The position numbers were made by a program, and so were the translations under genes. From Nemertoderma westbladi (Eukaryota; Animalia; Xenacoelomorpha), in contig JAUCBJ010006077.1 in NCBI GenBank assembly GCA_032718475.1, positions 1 to 64,000 on the forward strand: a stretch of DNA of 64,000 nucleotides. The letters run 5' to 3'. Positions 24,038-37,100 of this stretch are shown piece after piece; positions within the stretch are counted from its first letter, which is position 1, and every line of letters starts with the position of its first letter. The notes beneath the pieces are model-generated. The model did not search any database. It saw only the letters and a program-made list of their open reading frames with translations, and had not been told where the DNA came from.

Positions 24038-27000
24038 AAACCGAAGGACCCGTTAGTAGATAGCTGGTTGTGCGAAACCGAAGGACCTGTTAGTAGATAG
24101 CTGGTTGTGCGAAACCGAAGGACCCGTTAGTAGATAGGTGGTTGTGCGAAACCGAAGGACCCGTTAGTAGATAGCTGGTTGTGCGAAACCGAAGGACCCG
24201 TTAGTAGATAGCTGGTTGTGCGAAACCGAAGGACCCGTTAGTAGATAGCTGGTTGTGCGAAACCGAAGGACCCGTTAGTAGATAGCTGGTTGTGCGAAAC
24301 CGAAGGACCCGTTAGTAGATAGCTGGTTGTGCGAAACCGAAGGACCCGTTAGTAGATAGCTGGTTGTGCGAAACCGAAGGACCCGTTAGTAGATAGCTGG
24401 TTGTGCGAAACCGAAGGACCCGTTAGTAGATAGCTGGTTGTGCGAAACCGAAGGACCCGTTAGTAGATAGCTGGTTGTGCGAAACCGAAGGACCCGTTAG
24501 TAGATAGCTGGTTGTGCGAAACCGAAGGACCCGTTAGTAGATAGCTGGTTGTGCGAAACCGAAGGACCCGTTAGTAGATAGCTGGTTGTGCGAAACCGAA
24601 GGACCCGTTAGTAGATAGCTGGTTGTGCGAAACCGAAGGACCTGTTAGTAGATAGCTGGTTGTGCGAAACCGAAGGACCCGTTAGTAGATAGCTGGTTGT
24701 GCGAAACCAAAGGACCCGTTAGTAGATAGGTGGTTGTGCGAAACCGAAGGACCCGTTAGTAGATAGCTGGTTGTGCGAAACCGAAGGACCCGTTAGTAGA
24801 TAGCTGGTTGTGCGAAACCGAAGGACCCGTTAGTAGATAGCTGGTTGTGCGAAACCGAAGGACCCGTTAGTAGATAGCTGATTGTGCGAAACCAAAGGAC
24901 CCGTTAGTAGATAGCTGGTTGTGCGAAACCGAAGGACCCGTTAGTAGATAGCTGGTTGTGCGAAACCGAAGGACCCGTTAGTAGATAGCTGGTTGTGCGA
25001 AACCGAAGGACCCGTTAGTAGATAGCTGGTTGTGCGAAACCGAAGGACCCGTTAGTAGATAGCTGGTTGTGCGAAACCGAAGGACCCGTTAGTAGATAGC
25101 TGATTGTGCGAAACCAAAGGACCCGTTAGTAGATAGCTGGTTGTGCGAAACCGAAGGACCCGTTAGTAGATAGCTGGTTGTGCGAAACCGAAGGACCCGT
25201 TAGTAGATAGCTGATTGTGCGAAACCAAAGGACCCGTTAGTAGATAGCTGGTTGTGCGAAACCGAAGGAGCGTTAGTAGATAGCTGGTTGTGCGAAACCG
25301 AAGGACCCGTTAGTAGATAGCTGGTTGTGCGAAACCGAAGGACCTGTTAGTAGATAGCTGGTTGTGCGAAACCGAAGGACCCGTTAGTAGATAGCTGGTT
25401 GTGCGAAACCAAAGGACCCGTTAGTAGATAGGTGGTTGTGCGAAACCGAAGGACCCGTTAGTAGATAGCTGGTTGTGCGAAACCGAAGGACCCGTTAGTA
25501 GATAGCTGGTTGTGCGAAACCGAAGGACCCGTTAGTAGATAGCTGGTTGTGCGAAACCGAAGGACCCGTTAGTAGATAGCTGATTGTGCGAAACCAAAGG
25601 ACCCGTTAGTAGATAGCTGGTTGTGCGAAACCGAAGGACCCGTTAGTAGATAGCTGGTTGTGCGAAACCGAAGGACCCGTTAGTAGATAGCTGGTTGTGC
25701 GAAACCGAAGGACCCGTTAGTAGATAGCTGGTTGTGCGAAACCGAAGGACCCGTTAGTAGATAGCTGGTTGTGCGAAACCGAAGGACCCGTTAGTAGATA
25801 GCTGATTGTGCGAAACCAAAGGACCCGTTAGTAGATAGCTGGTTGTGCGAAACCGAAGGACCCGTTAGTAGATAGCTGGTTGTGCGAAACCGAAGGACCC
25901 GTTAGTAGATAGCTGATTGTGCGAAACCAAAGGACCCGTTAGTAGATAGCTGGTTGTGCGAAACCGAAGGAGCGTTAGTAGATAGCTGGTTGTGCGAAAC
26001 CGAAGGACCCGTTAGTAGATAGCTGGTTGTGCGAAACCGAAGGACCCGTTAGTAGATAGCTGGTTGTGCGAAACTTAAGGACCCGTTAGTAGATAGCTGG
26101 TTGTGCGAAACCGAAGGACCCGTTAGTAGATAGCTGATTGTGCGAAACCAAAGGACCCGTTAGTAGATAGCTGGTTGTGCGAAACCGAAGGACCCGTTAG
26201 TAGATAGCTGGTTGTGCGAAACCGAAGGACCCGTTAGTAGATAGCTGGTTGTGCGAAACCGAAGGACCCGTTAGTAGATAGCTGGTTGTGCGAAACCGAA
26301 GGACCCGTTAGTAGATAGCTGGTTGTGCGAAACTTAAGGACCCGTTAGTAGATAGCTGGTTGTGCGAAACCGAAGGACCCGTTAGTAGATAGCTGATTGT
26401 GCGAAACCAAAGGACCCGTTAGTAGATAGCTGGTTGTGCGAAACCGAAGGACCCGTTAGTAGATAGCTGGTTGTGCGAAACCGAAGGACCCATTAGTAGA
26501 TAGGTGGTTGTGCGAAACCGAAGGACCCGTTAGTAGATAGGTGGTTGTGCGAAACCGAAGGACCCGTTAGTAGATAGCTGGTTGTGCGAAACCGAAGGAC
26601 CCGTTAGTAGATAGCTGGTTGTGCGAAACCGAAGGACCCGTTAGTAGATAGCTGGTTGTGCGAAACCGAAGGATCCGTTAGTAGATAGCTGATTGTGCGA
26701 AACCGAAGGACCCGTTAGTAGATAGCTGGTTGTGCGAAACCGAAGGACCCGTTAGTAGATAGCTGGTTGTGCGAAACCGAAGGACCCGTTAGTAGATAGC
26801 TGGTGGTGCGAAACCGAAGGACCCGTTAGTAGATAGCTGGTTGTGCGAAACCGAAGGATCCGTTAGTAGATAGCTGGTTGTGCGAAACCGAAGGACCCGT
26901 TAGTAGATAGCTGGTTGTGCGAAACCGAAGGATCCGTTAGTAGATAGCTGATTGTGCGAAACCGAAGGACCCGTTAGTAGATAGCTGGTTGTGCGAAACC

Positions 27001-27112
27001 GAAGGACCCGTTAGTAGATAGCTGGTTGTGCGAAACCGAAGGACCCGTTAGTAGATAGCTGGTTGTGCGAAACCGAAGGACCTGTTAGTAGATAGCTGGT
27101 TGTGTGAAACCC
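24038..27112 (-). repeat. 37-bp minisatellite (plus: GAAACCGAAGGACCCGTTAGTAGATAGCTGGTTGTGC), ~83 copies, overlapping the copine stop codon
   Basis: Highly homogeneous array. The last unit is the final codons of the copine CDS (27085-27111). Confidence 0.97.
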
Positions 27113-28976
27113 AATGCGGGTGTAGGCCGGATGCCTCTCATCTTCATGTAGTCGGTAACTTGACCCGGTATCTCCTGCAAGACCTCTTTGGCGAGCTGGG
27201 CCTCAGTGAGGTTTAAACTTTTCATTCCATTTGCTCCGTTCGCATTGACGTTTGACGGGACGTACTTAACTATGTCGCGTTGGGCATTTCTTATTTCGAT
27301 GTAGGAGACACTGACCTCGTCTCTGTTTAACATTTTCATTCGTACCAAGTTTGCATTTCCAACTCCAACAATAATTATTGACATGGGAAGAGTCGCAGCT
27401 TCAACAATGGCCTTTAACGTTTGCGGCATATCCGATATGATGCCGTCAGTAATGATGAGCAGTATAAAGTATTCTGTTCCGTCCTGTTTCTCTCGCGCAA
27501 ATCGAGCCACGTGGTTGATCACGGGGCTGAAGTTAGTGGGCCCGAATAATTCAACGGTGTCTAACGCCTTTTTGTATACATCGAGTAAGCCTTGGACACC
27601 GCTGACCAAAGGGGTCATGGGGTCTCCATTGAGGAAGAAGTCATGGGAAATCTGTCGAGACTGGGTTATCCGCGCACCGAAACCGAGACAACCAAACAGT
27701 TTATCCGCGTCGTAATCTTGGATGATCGTACCAACGGCTTGGATAGCCACTTGGTAGGGATTTGGTTTATTGGGGTCTATGTAATGTAACGAACTCGTTA
27801 ACCATGGATCTCTATTTGAGGCCGTAAAGTCTATGGCTACGGTAAAGTTGAGCTGCAACCCACCTCGTATAAACTCCAAGAAAGAATGACACCGTTCGAT
27901 GTTGCAGTGTTCGATTCTGAGTATTCCTGAGACGTCTTGAATATTTCTATACTTTCTTGTAGGCCTATCTGTAACGCTTTTTGACGGGTCTCTTAATTCC
28001 AAAATCGTCAACCCATTTGTTTCGGGTTCGAGTTCGTTCAATGTACTATAACATATTCCTATGAGTTTGGAGCCGAAAATTCCTTTCCAAGAATAACATT
28101 CAATCTACAATTATTAAGGTTTGCTTTAAAAGATAATAAATCTGCTATACTTCAAATTCGAACATTGGGCTAAAGGAGGGCGGAGGGCTGACATACAGTC
28201 ACAAGAGAGTCACTCTAGGTCGATTTGGTGCGTACAAAACGGTATGATCAGATTGCGGCCCCACAGCCACAATTATTCTTACAGTAATTATCATCATACT
28301 TAAAAAAAACTAATTATTTATTTACCTTAATAACCCTGGTATAATCTCCCTGACAGAGAACCTGCAACGGAATTACTATCGGTTTCCAACTGTGATTCTG
28401 AGTCGATTTGATAACTTCTGTTCGGTGGCAGACAGTGTATCCACCATCGTCATTGCTTCTATAGAAACACAAATAGAGGTCCGACTTCCCAAAAAAGTCC
28501 CTTCTAGATAGTTTATAACCTGATATGTGAAGGTAGATTTTATTGCAACTGGAAACCTCGGAAGACAAAGTAATTGTGCCTTTATATCCACATGTAAGAT
28601 TCTTAATGATTTTACCACCCGGCGCAGCTACAATCTCCCCCAACCTGACCATCGCGTATCCGAGTAAATCATGTGTGTCGAAATTACCACCTTTACAGTC
28701 ATTATTGTAAACTTCGAACTTTAAAAATTGGATTTCTTCGAAAATTAAAGTTAAATTAAATTTCTTTGCAAAGTCGGGGTTTTTATTATCCCATATTGAT
28801 TCTGTGCGACCCAACTCAGCCCATGAATAATCGGTGATGTTTTGAATATACAGGACCACCATTGGGAAGTCGGCCTTTACGAGATTTTGACAGCTAATGC
28901 TGAGTTCTACTTCCGTTTGGATCGCAGCTGACGAACTTGTTTTAAATGAATTGAAATATGAACATCGCTCTCCCAT
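27085..28976 (-). CDS. CPNE: Copine (C2A-C2B-VWA), divergent paralog D, ~556 aa; exons 28976-28326 and 28104-27085
   Basis: ELSISCQNL, ELGRTE..W.N.NPDF, FGKSD, HRTEVIK. AAG|GTAAAT donor and TGTAG|ATT acceptor in phase 0. VWA motifs FTVAIDFTASN, SLHY, GFGA, GPTNFSPVI, YFILLIITDG, LPMSIIIVGVG. Confidence 0.92.
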
Positions 28977-29251
28977 ATCAATACTGGTTCAGATTGAGAC
29001 ACTTTTCATTACAATAATATCATAAAATATCAATTTGTTACAAATAAAAACGGATCAAATATATATAAGTTTATAATACGGGTTATGGTGTAAAATTGTC
29101 GTAACATAAAGAAATATATAAATACCGGTAAGATAACGTCTGTGGGGTAATATAGTGTCACCAATAGTGATATAAATTGATATATTTTTCATACATCAAG
29201 GAAAAGCGATTGAAGAAATTATCCGGGGAAGCGACGAACTAAGCGAGATTA

Positions 29252-30324
29252 GGTACCGCTGTGGGGCGACAAAGTAAGCGGGCTTAGCATACGGGACGGG
29301 TACCACTGTAGGGCGACAAAGTAAGCAGGCTTAGCTTACGGGTACCGCTGTGGGGCGACAAAGTAAGCGGGCTTAGCATACGGGACGGGTACCGCTGTAG
29401 GGCGACAAAGTAAGCAGGCTTAGCTTACGGGTACCGCTGTGGGGCGACAAAGTAAGCGGGCTTAGCATACGGGACGGGTACCGCTGTAGGGCGACAAAGT
29501 AAGCAGGCTTAGCTTACGGGTACCGCTACGGGGCGATAAAGTAAGCGGGCTTAGCATACGGGACGGGTACCACTGTAGGGCGACAAAGTAAGCAGGCTTA
29601 GCTTACGGGTACCGCTACGGGGCGATAAAGTAAGCGGGCTTAGCATACGTGTGCCGCTGTGGGGCGACAAAGTAAGCGGGCTTAGCATACGGGACGGGTA
29701 CCGCTGTAGGGCGACAAAGTAAGCAGGCTTAGCTTACGGGTACCGCTACGGGGCGATAAAGTAAGCGGGCTTAGCATACGGGACGGGTACCACTGTAGGG
29801 CGACAAAGTAAGCAGGCTTAGCTTACGGGTACCGCTACGGGGCGACAAAGTAAGCGGGCTTAGCATACGGGACGGGTACCACTGTAGGGCGACAAAGTAA
29901 GCAGGCTTAGCTTACGGGTACCGCTACGGGGCGATAAAGTAAGCGGGCTTAGCATACGGGACGGGTACCACTGTAGGGCGACAAAGTAAGCAGGCTTAGC
30001 TTACGGGTACCGCTACGGGGCGATAAAGTAAGCGGGCTTAGCATACGTGTGCCGCTGTGGGGCGACAAAGTAAGCGGGCTTAGCATACGGGACGGGTACC
30101 GCTGTAGGGCGACAAAGTAAGCAGGCTTAGCTTACGGGTACCGCTACGGGGCGATAAAGTAAGCGGGCTTAGCATACGTGTGCCGCTGTGGGGCGACAAA
30201 GTAAGCGGGCTTAGCATACGGGACGGGTACCGCTGTAGGGCGACAAAGTAAGCAGGCTTAGCATACGGGTACCGCTGTGGGGCGAGCCACAAAGTAAGCG
30301 GGCTTAGCATACGGGTACCGCTGT
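29252..30324 (+). repeat. Minisatellite of alternating 47-bp and 42-bp units (GGTACCGCTGTGGGGCGACAAAGTAAGCGGGCTTAGCATACG[GGACG]), ~24 units
   Basis: Directly visible; mostly an 89-bp dimer. Confidence 0.93.
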
Positions 30325-30996
30325 TTCAGCAGTTGTCCGATGGTGGCATACTTCGTCCTGTGCCAAGGCCCAATTAACATTTATGAAATTTGCAATAAGT
30401 TTCATATAAATAGCAGATAATTTATTATGAGATTAAATTCCAATGTTGTTATTTTAGATTACGTCACTTGCTATTAAAGCGAATACACTTGAGGGAAAGT
30501 TCTGTGTGATTCATAGCACTGGAACTGATCTTACCATTATGACCAATACACGTAGTGGATACTGTGGATACTATAGCAACATATCATTTATCTTGAAAAA
30601 TAAGCAAACAAAAATGCTGAAAAATATTGACCTTTGTATTTTGAATTATAGTGTACAGTCAGTACTGTATTACTGCAGTAAATATACTAACTGAATAAAT
30701 GTTGTTTGAATATCCAATAAAGAATGTGTAATCTGAATCATTGCGCGATTGATATTGAACTTTAATAACGATATTTACGTTTTGCTATTATCGATATAAT
30801 AAGTAGATGTAAACAGCTACCCATCTGATGCGGTTCACTTTTCTGCCAATGTTGTTTTAGAAAATGAATAATCTGCGGAAATTTTAAACCAAAGTTTTTG
30901 AAAATAATGTTACGTTTTATAATTTAATAATAAATTCTCAAAAGTTAACTGATTAACTGTACAAAAGTCATGAAAATCGATAGTTGAGAGAAAGAT

Positions 30997-33411
30997 CTAC
31001 AGCGTCGGGAACGGCCAGTGACTTACAAACTCCCAATGGGTTTGGCATCGCTTTATCGTACAAAAATCGACTCGGATTTGTCCTGAGTTCGAATATTTCC
31101 CTTTGGAATTTTTCTTATTTGGGTTGATCAAATCAAACGTGGTAACCCCACTAGAAGCGGCCTCCAAGTCGTAAACAGTAACAAAACATTCTCCTATTAG
31201 TTTGTGGCTTTGAGTTCTATTCCAGTCGTAACACTCAATCTGAAAGACACCGAAGTAAAATGGCAAATTAAGAAAACAGAGTGGCCGTACAGTACAAGAT
31301 GGGAGCTCCTAAAAAGTTTAGGAATTGATAGATCACTCCATTTTAATTCCCATCAGTTTGAGGTTTGGCGTTTAATTTTACTAACAAGTACTTGGACATT
31401 TACTGGAGAACTTATCACCATCACAGATGAGGGTATTACTGACTCTCGGTCTAGATACATTAATACATATCGGACACACCCCTAGGTGCATCGCCGACCG
31501 GCCACACAACACAACACCTCGACGGTTCGCGATCAGCCATAAACACCCCTAGGTGCATCGCCGATCGGCCACACAACACAACACCTCGACGGTTCGGGAT
31601 CAGCCATAAACACTCCTAGTCATCTGGATTATCAAGACCAATGTCTTTTAGCAATCGTTTAAGGAATGTCAACTGCAAGCAATGGCCTGAGCACACGTTT
31701 CTACTCGCCAACACGCAGCGCCAACAAGATCCTGAAATGGCGAATCAGTTCGAAGCTAGTGGCCAGCACGTGGCTGGTTGTACCCAAAGCAAACACCACA
31801 GCTACCCTGCACCGAAGCTGAAGCAGTTTCTACTTCAGGAGACTTGAAGAGAATCCTATGGGAACTCTTTGTGCACTGTGGGAGACACACAGTGAGTCAT
31901 CAGGAAATACACGATCATTATTGAACAGTTTCTCAAAGTGAGCCTTCCAAAAATCCGCTATTACCTTGGCAGTTAGTGTGGCCTTTTCTTCCAGTGAGAA
32001 AAGTAAATTCTTCCACACCGCAGCAAATCCTACTTTCATCGGCGGCATTAATGGCAAAGTAATCTACATACTCACTATATCATACAGTACTTATTTTTGG
32101 AATTTACTTTGGTAGTTTGTTTCAATTCAGCGCCGCCTTGACTGCAATATTAGCAGCTTTTGATTTCCTTAATCTATTAAACGTTGGGTTTCTGCAAGCA
32201 ATGTAAAGTAAAAATGCGAGGCTAAGAAAGGACAGTTGGCAACTTCGATTTTAATGCGTTTGTCATACAATAAATCAGTTTCATCTTCTTTGGAAGTCAT
32301 TGGCTGCATTGTTTATAACAATCACAACTCACATCCTGTGTAAATATTTTAAAGAGGACCATTTCTTATGATTGTAATTCTAGGTTTCTTCATCTGTGAA
32401 CCATGCGCAAACAGAAGGCTACATTACCAAAGAGTAGTACAGTACTATGAATTTCAGTTGAAATGGTTGATGTAACCTCCAGGAATACTTGGCAAGAGGC
32501 GACGTGTCCAAATCGCGGCAAGATAATCCCATCTACAAGTAGGCCTAGATAGCAGAGAAGAGCTACATAACTCTTCCTGAGGTTGTCAGTGTGAGTCTGA
32601 CATATAAAACTCCATTTCATAGCAATAATCTGGTTATGCCAGGAAAGTAGATCCGGGAATACCCCGATGACGTCTTCAGTCATTGGGATTTTCAACCCTG
32701 ACGATAAACATAATTTCAAATACCCAATTAGTTCGGTACTTCATTCTGAGGGTTAAATGAAGAAAAAAATCTTACCTTAATTACCCTGGAATAATCCCCC
32801 TGACACAGAACTCGTACAGGAAGCATCATCGGTTTCCATCTGGGGTTCAGAGTCGATTTTATAACTTCTGTTCGGTGGCAGACAGTGTATCCGCCGTCCT
32901 CATTGCTTCTATAGAAACACAAATAGAGGTCCGACTTTCTCAAAAAGCAAATTTTTGAAAGTTTATGACCTGAAAGGCTGAGTTGAATTTTATGGATACA
33001 ACTTGAAACGTTTTCCGAAGATAAGATAATTGTTCCTTTATTTACATTCAACAGATTCTTCAAGAGTTTACCTCCCGGTGCCGCCACAATCTCTCCGAGA
33101 CTGACGCACGCATACCCCAAGAAATCTTGTTTCTCAAGATCGCGGCTTTCACCATCAACATTGTAAACTTCAAACTTTAACAACAACAATTTCGAGGAAA
33201 TGTAAGTCAAGTTAAATTTCCTCACGAATTCTGGGTTCTCGTTGTGCCAGATTCCCTCAGTCCGGTCCAACTCCCGCCAGTCTGTTCCCTCCATATTCCG
33301 GAAAAACAGGACAACAATGGTTTCCGAATTGACACGAATAAGGTTGTGACAACTCACACTGATCTCAACTTCTGTCTGCACTTGAAACGATTCAGACACC
33401 GCTGACGCCAT
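30997..33411 (-). CDS. CPNE: Truncated copine paralog C: two C2 domains only, no VWA domain, ~292 aa; exons 33411-32776 and 31239-30997 (could be a pseudogene)
   Basis: Exon 1 is homologous to the other copines. AAG|GTAAGA donor and TTTCAG|ATT acceptor at the shared intron position. Exon 2 IECYDWNRTQSHKLIGE...KRCQTHWEFV ends at TAG 30997, where the paralogs enter the VWA domain. Confidence 0.8.
31476..32350 (-). mobile_element. Heavily deleted RTE LINE relic in the copine C intron, with a 67-bp tandem duplication at its 3' end
   Basis: Minus-strand peptides AANIAVKAA, WKAHFEKLFNNDRVFPDD and TFLKRLLKDIGLDNPDD match the 57-59 kb RTE (AAKNAVKAA, WKAHFEKLLNNDRVLPDN, TFLRRILKDTGLKDADD). 67-bp repeats start at 31476 and 31543. 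Confidence 0.7.
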
Positions 33412-34111
33412 TATATCAGTTTGCTATTACTATTATTATAGTTTAACTAGGCCCTATTATTGACTAGTAACTAGTTATAGCTAGCAACGACTTGTTGGTT
33501 AATATATATAATATATATATAATATAATATTCGTTCATAACTATTTACATGGCGTTAGTAAGATGATGTTTTAGAGTTCATATAAAAGAGCATAAAATCG
33601 CCTCTAGTGAATGAGAAGATACAGTAATAGTAAATAACATTTGTCCGCAAAGACATATCTTATCTAGTAATTTAACAGTTTTAACAATTCAACTTTTTCA
33701 TTTTGAGTAAATACTAAGATAAATATTTATTGCATTGGTAATTGGTAAAGAAAGCAAGCTATATGCAACACATCCTTCATAAAGCTCGGAAATAATAACG
33801 TCTTGGCAACAAAAAACTGTAAAATACTACAAAATAATTCTAATTTCAAAAGATTTATACCTAATGCGACATTAAATATACGTTATCCTTTATCTCAACA
33901 GCACACTTACTTTACCTCCTAACATCATTAGTATCATCATTACGAGTTTGCTGAAAATGATTAAATATTACGAAATATATGATGGTAATTATAATATTTA
34001 TGGTACGACATATATGTACACTACTAGCGTCGACTCAGTACTTTGTAAGCTATACCGTATTTACAAAATGATAGCGGCTGATAACCAGATCGCAACTAAA
34101 ATCAACAAAGA

Positions 34112-37100
34112 AACTAACATTGGGAATGCCTACTAACTGTATGCACGATGTACAACTAACATTGGGAATGCCTACTAACTGTATGTACGATGTACAACGA
34201 ACATTGGGAATGCCTACTAACTGTATGTATTGTACGATGTACAACTAACATTGGGAATGCCTACTAACTGTATGTACGGTGTACAACTAACATTGGGAAT
34301 GCCTACTAACTGTATGTACGATGTACAACGAACATTGGGAATGCCTACTAACTGTATGTACGATGTACAACGAACATAGGGAATGCCTACTAACTGTATG
34401 TACGATGTACAACTAACATTGGGAATGCCTACTAACTGTATGTACGATGTACAACGAACATTGGGAATGCCTACTAACTGTATGTATTGTACGATGTACA
34501 ACTAACATTGGGAATGCCTACTAACTGTATGTACGGTGTACAACTAACATTGGGAATGCCTACTAACTGTATGTACGATGTACAACGAACATTGGGAATG
34601 CCTACTAACTGTATGTACGATGTACAACGAACATTTGGAATGCCTACTAACTGTATGTACGATGTACAACTAACATTGGGAATGCCTACTAACTGTATGT
34701 ACGATGGACAACGAACATTGGGAATGCCTACTAACTGTATGTACGGTGTACAACTAACATTGGGAATGCCTACTAACTGTATGTACGATGTACAACGAAC
34801 ATTGGGAATGCCTACTAACTGTATGTACGATGTACAACGAACATAGGGAATGCCTACTAACTGTATGTACGATGTACAACTAACATTGGGAATGCCTACT
34901 AACTGTATGTACGATGTATAACTAACATTGGGAATGCCTACTAACTGTATGTACGATGTACAACGAACATAGGGAATGCCTACTAACTGTATGTACGATG
35001 TACAACTAACATTGGGAATGCCTACTAACTGTATGTACGATGTACAACGAACATAGGGAATGCCTACTAACTGTATGTACGATGTACAACTAACATTGGG
35101 AATGCCTACTAACTGTATGTACGATGCACAACTAACATTGGAAATGCCTACTAACTGTATGTACGATGTACAACTAACATAGGGAATGCCTACTAACTGT
35201 ATGTATTGTACGATGTACAACTAACATTGGGAATGCCTACTAACTGTATGTACGGTGTACAACTAACATTGGGAATGCCTACTAACTGTATGTACGATGT
35301 ACAACGAACATTGGGAATGCCTACTAACTGTATGTACGATGTACAACGAACATAGGGAATGCCTACTAACTGTATGTACGATGTACAACGAACATTGGGA
35401 ATGCCTACTAACTGTATGTACGATGTACAACGAACATAGGGAATGCCTACTAACTGTATGTACGATGTACAACGAACATAGGGAATGCCTACTAACTGTA
35501 TGTACGATGTACAACTAACATTGGGAATGCCTACTAACTGTATGTACGATGCACAACTAACATTGGAAATGCCTACTAACTGTATGTACGATGTACAACT
35601 AACATAGGGAATGCCTACTAACTGTATGTATTGTACGATGTACAACTAACATTGGGAATGCCTACTAACTGTATGTACGGTGTACAACTAACATTGGGAA
35701 TGCCTACTAACTGTATGTACGATGTACAACGAACATTGGGAATGCCTACTAACTGTATGTACGATGTACAACTAACATAGGGAATGCCTACTAACTGTAT
35801 GTATTGTACGATGTACAACTAACATTGGGAATGCCTACTAACTGTATGTACGGTGTACAACTAACATTGGGAATGCCTACTAACTGTATGTACGATGTAC
35901 AACGAACATTGGGAATGCCTACTAACTGTATGTACGATGTACAACGAACATAGGGAATGCCTACTAACTGTATGTACGATGTACAACGAACATTGGGAAT
36001 GCCTACTAACTGTATGTACGATGTACAACGAACATAGGGAATGCCTACTAACTGTATGTATTGTACGATGTACAACTAACATTGGGAATGCCTACTAACT
36101 GTATGTACGATGTACAACTAACATTGGGAATGCCTACTAACTGTATGTACGATGTACAACGAACATTGGGAATGCCTACTAACTGTATGTACGATGTACA
36201 ACTAACATTGGGAATGCCTACTAACTGTATGTACGATGTACAACGAACATTGGGAATGCCTACTAACTGTATATACGATGTACAACGAACATTGGGAATG
36301 CCTACTAACTGTATGTACGATGTACAACGAACATTGGGAATGCCTACTAACTGTATATACGATGTACAACTAACATTGGGAATGCCTACTAACTGTATGT
36401 ACGATGTACAACTAACATTGGGAATGCCTACTAACTGTATGTACGATGTATAACTAACATTGGGAATGCCTACTAACTGTATGTACGGTGTACAACTAAC
36501 ATTGGGAATGCCTACTAACTGTATGTATTGTACGATGTACAACTAACATTGGGAATGCCTACTAACTGTATGTACGATGTACAACGAACATAGGGAATGC
36601 CTACTAACTGTATGTACGATGTACAACGAACATTGGGAATGCCTACTAACTGTATGTACGATGTACAACGAACATAGGGAATGCCTACTAACTGTATGTA
36701 CGATGTACAACGAACATAGGGAATGCCTACTAACTGTATGTACGATGTACAACGAACATAGAGGGAATGCCTACTAACTGTATGTATTGTACGATGTACA
36801 ACTAACATTGGGAATGCCTACTAACTGTATGTACGATGTACAACTAACATTGGGAATGCCTACTAACTGTATGTACGATGTACAACGAACATAGGGAATG
36901 CCTACTAACTGTATGTATTGTACGATGTACAACTAACATTGGGAATGCCTACTAACTGTATGTACGGTGTAGAACTAACATTGGGAATGCATACTAACTG
37001 TATGTGCGGTGTACAACTAACATTGGGAATGCCTACTAACTGTATGTACGATGTACAACTAACATTGGGAATGCCTACTAACTGTATGTACGATGTACAA

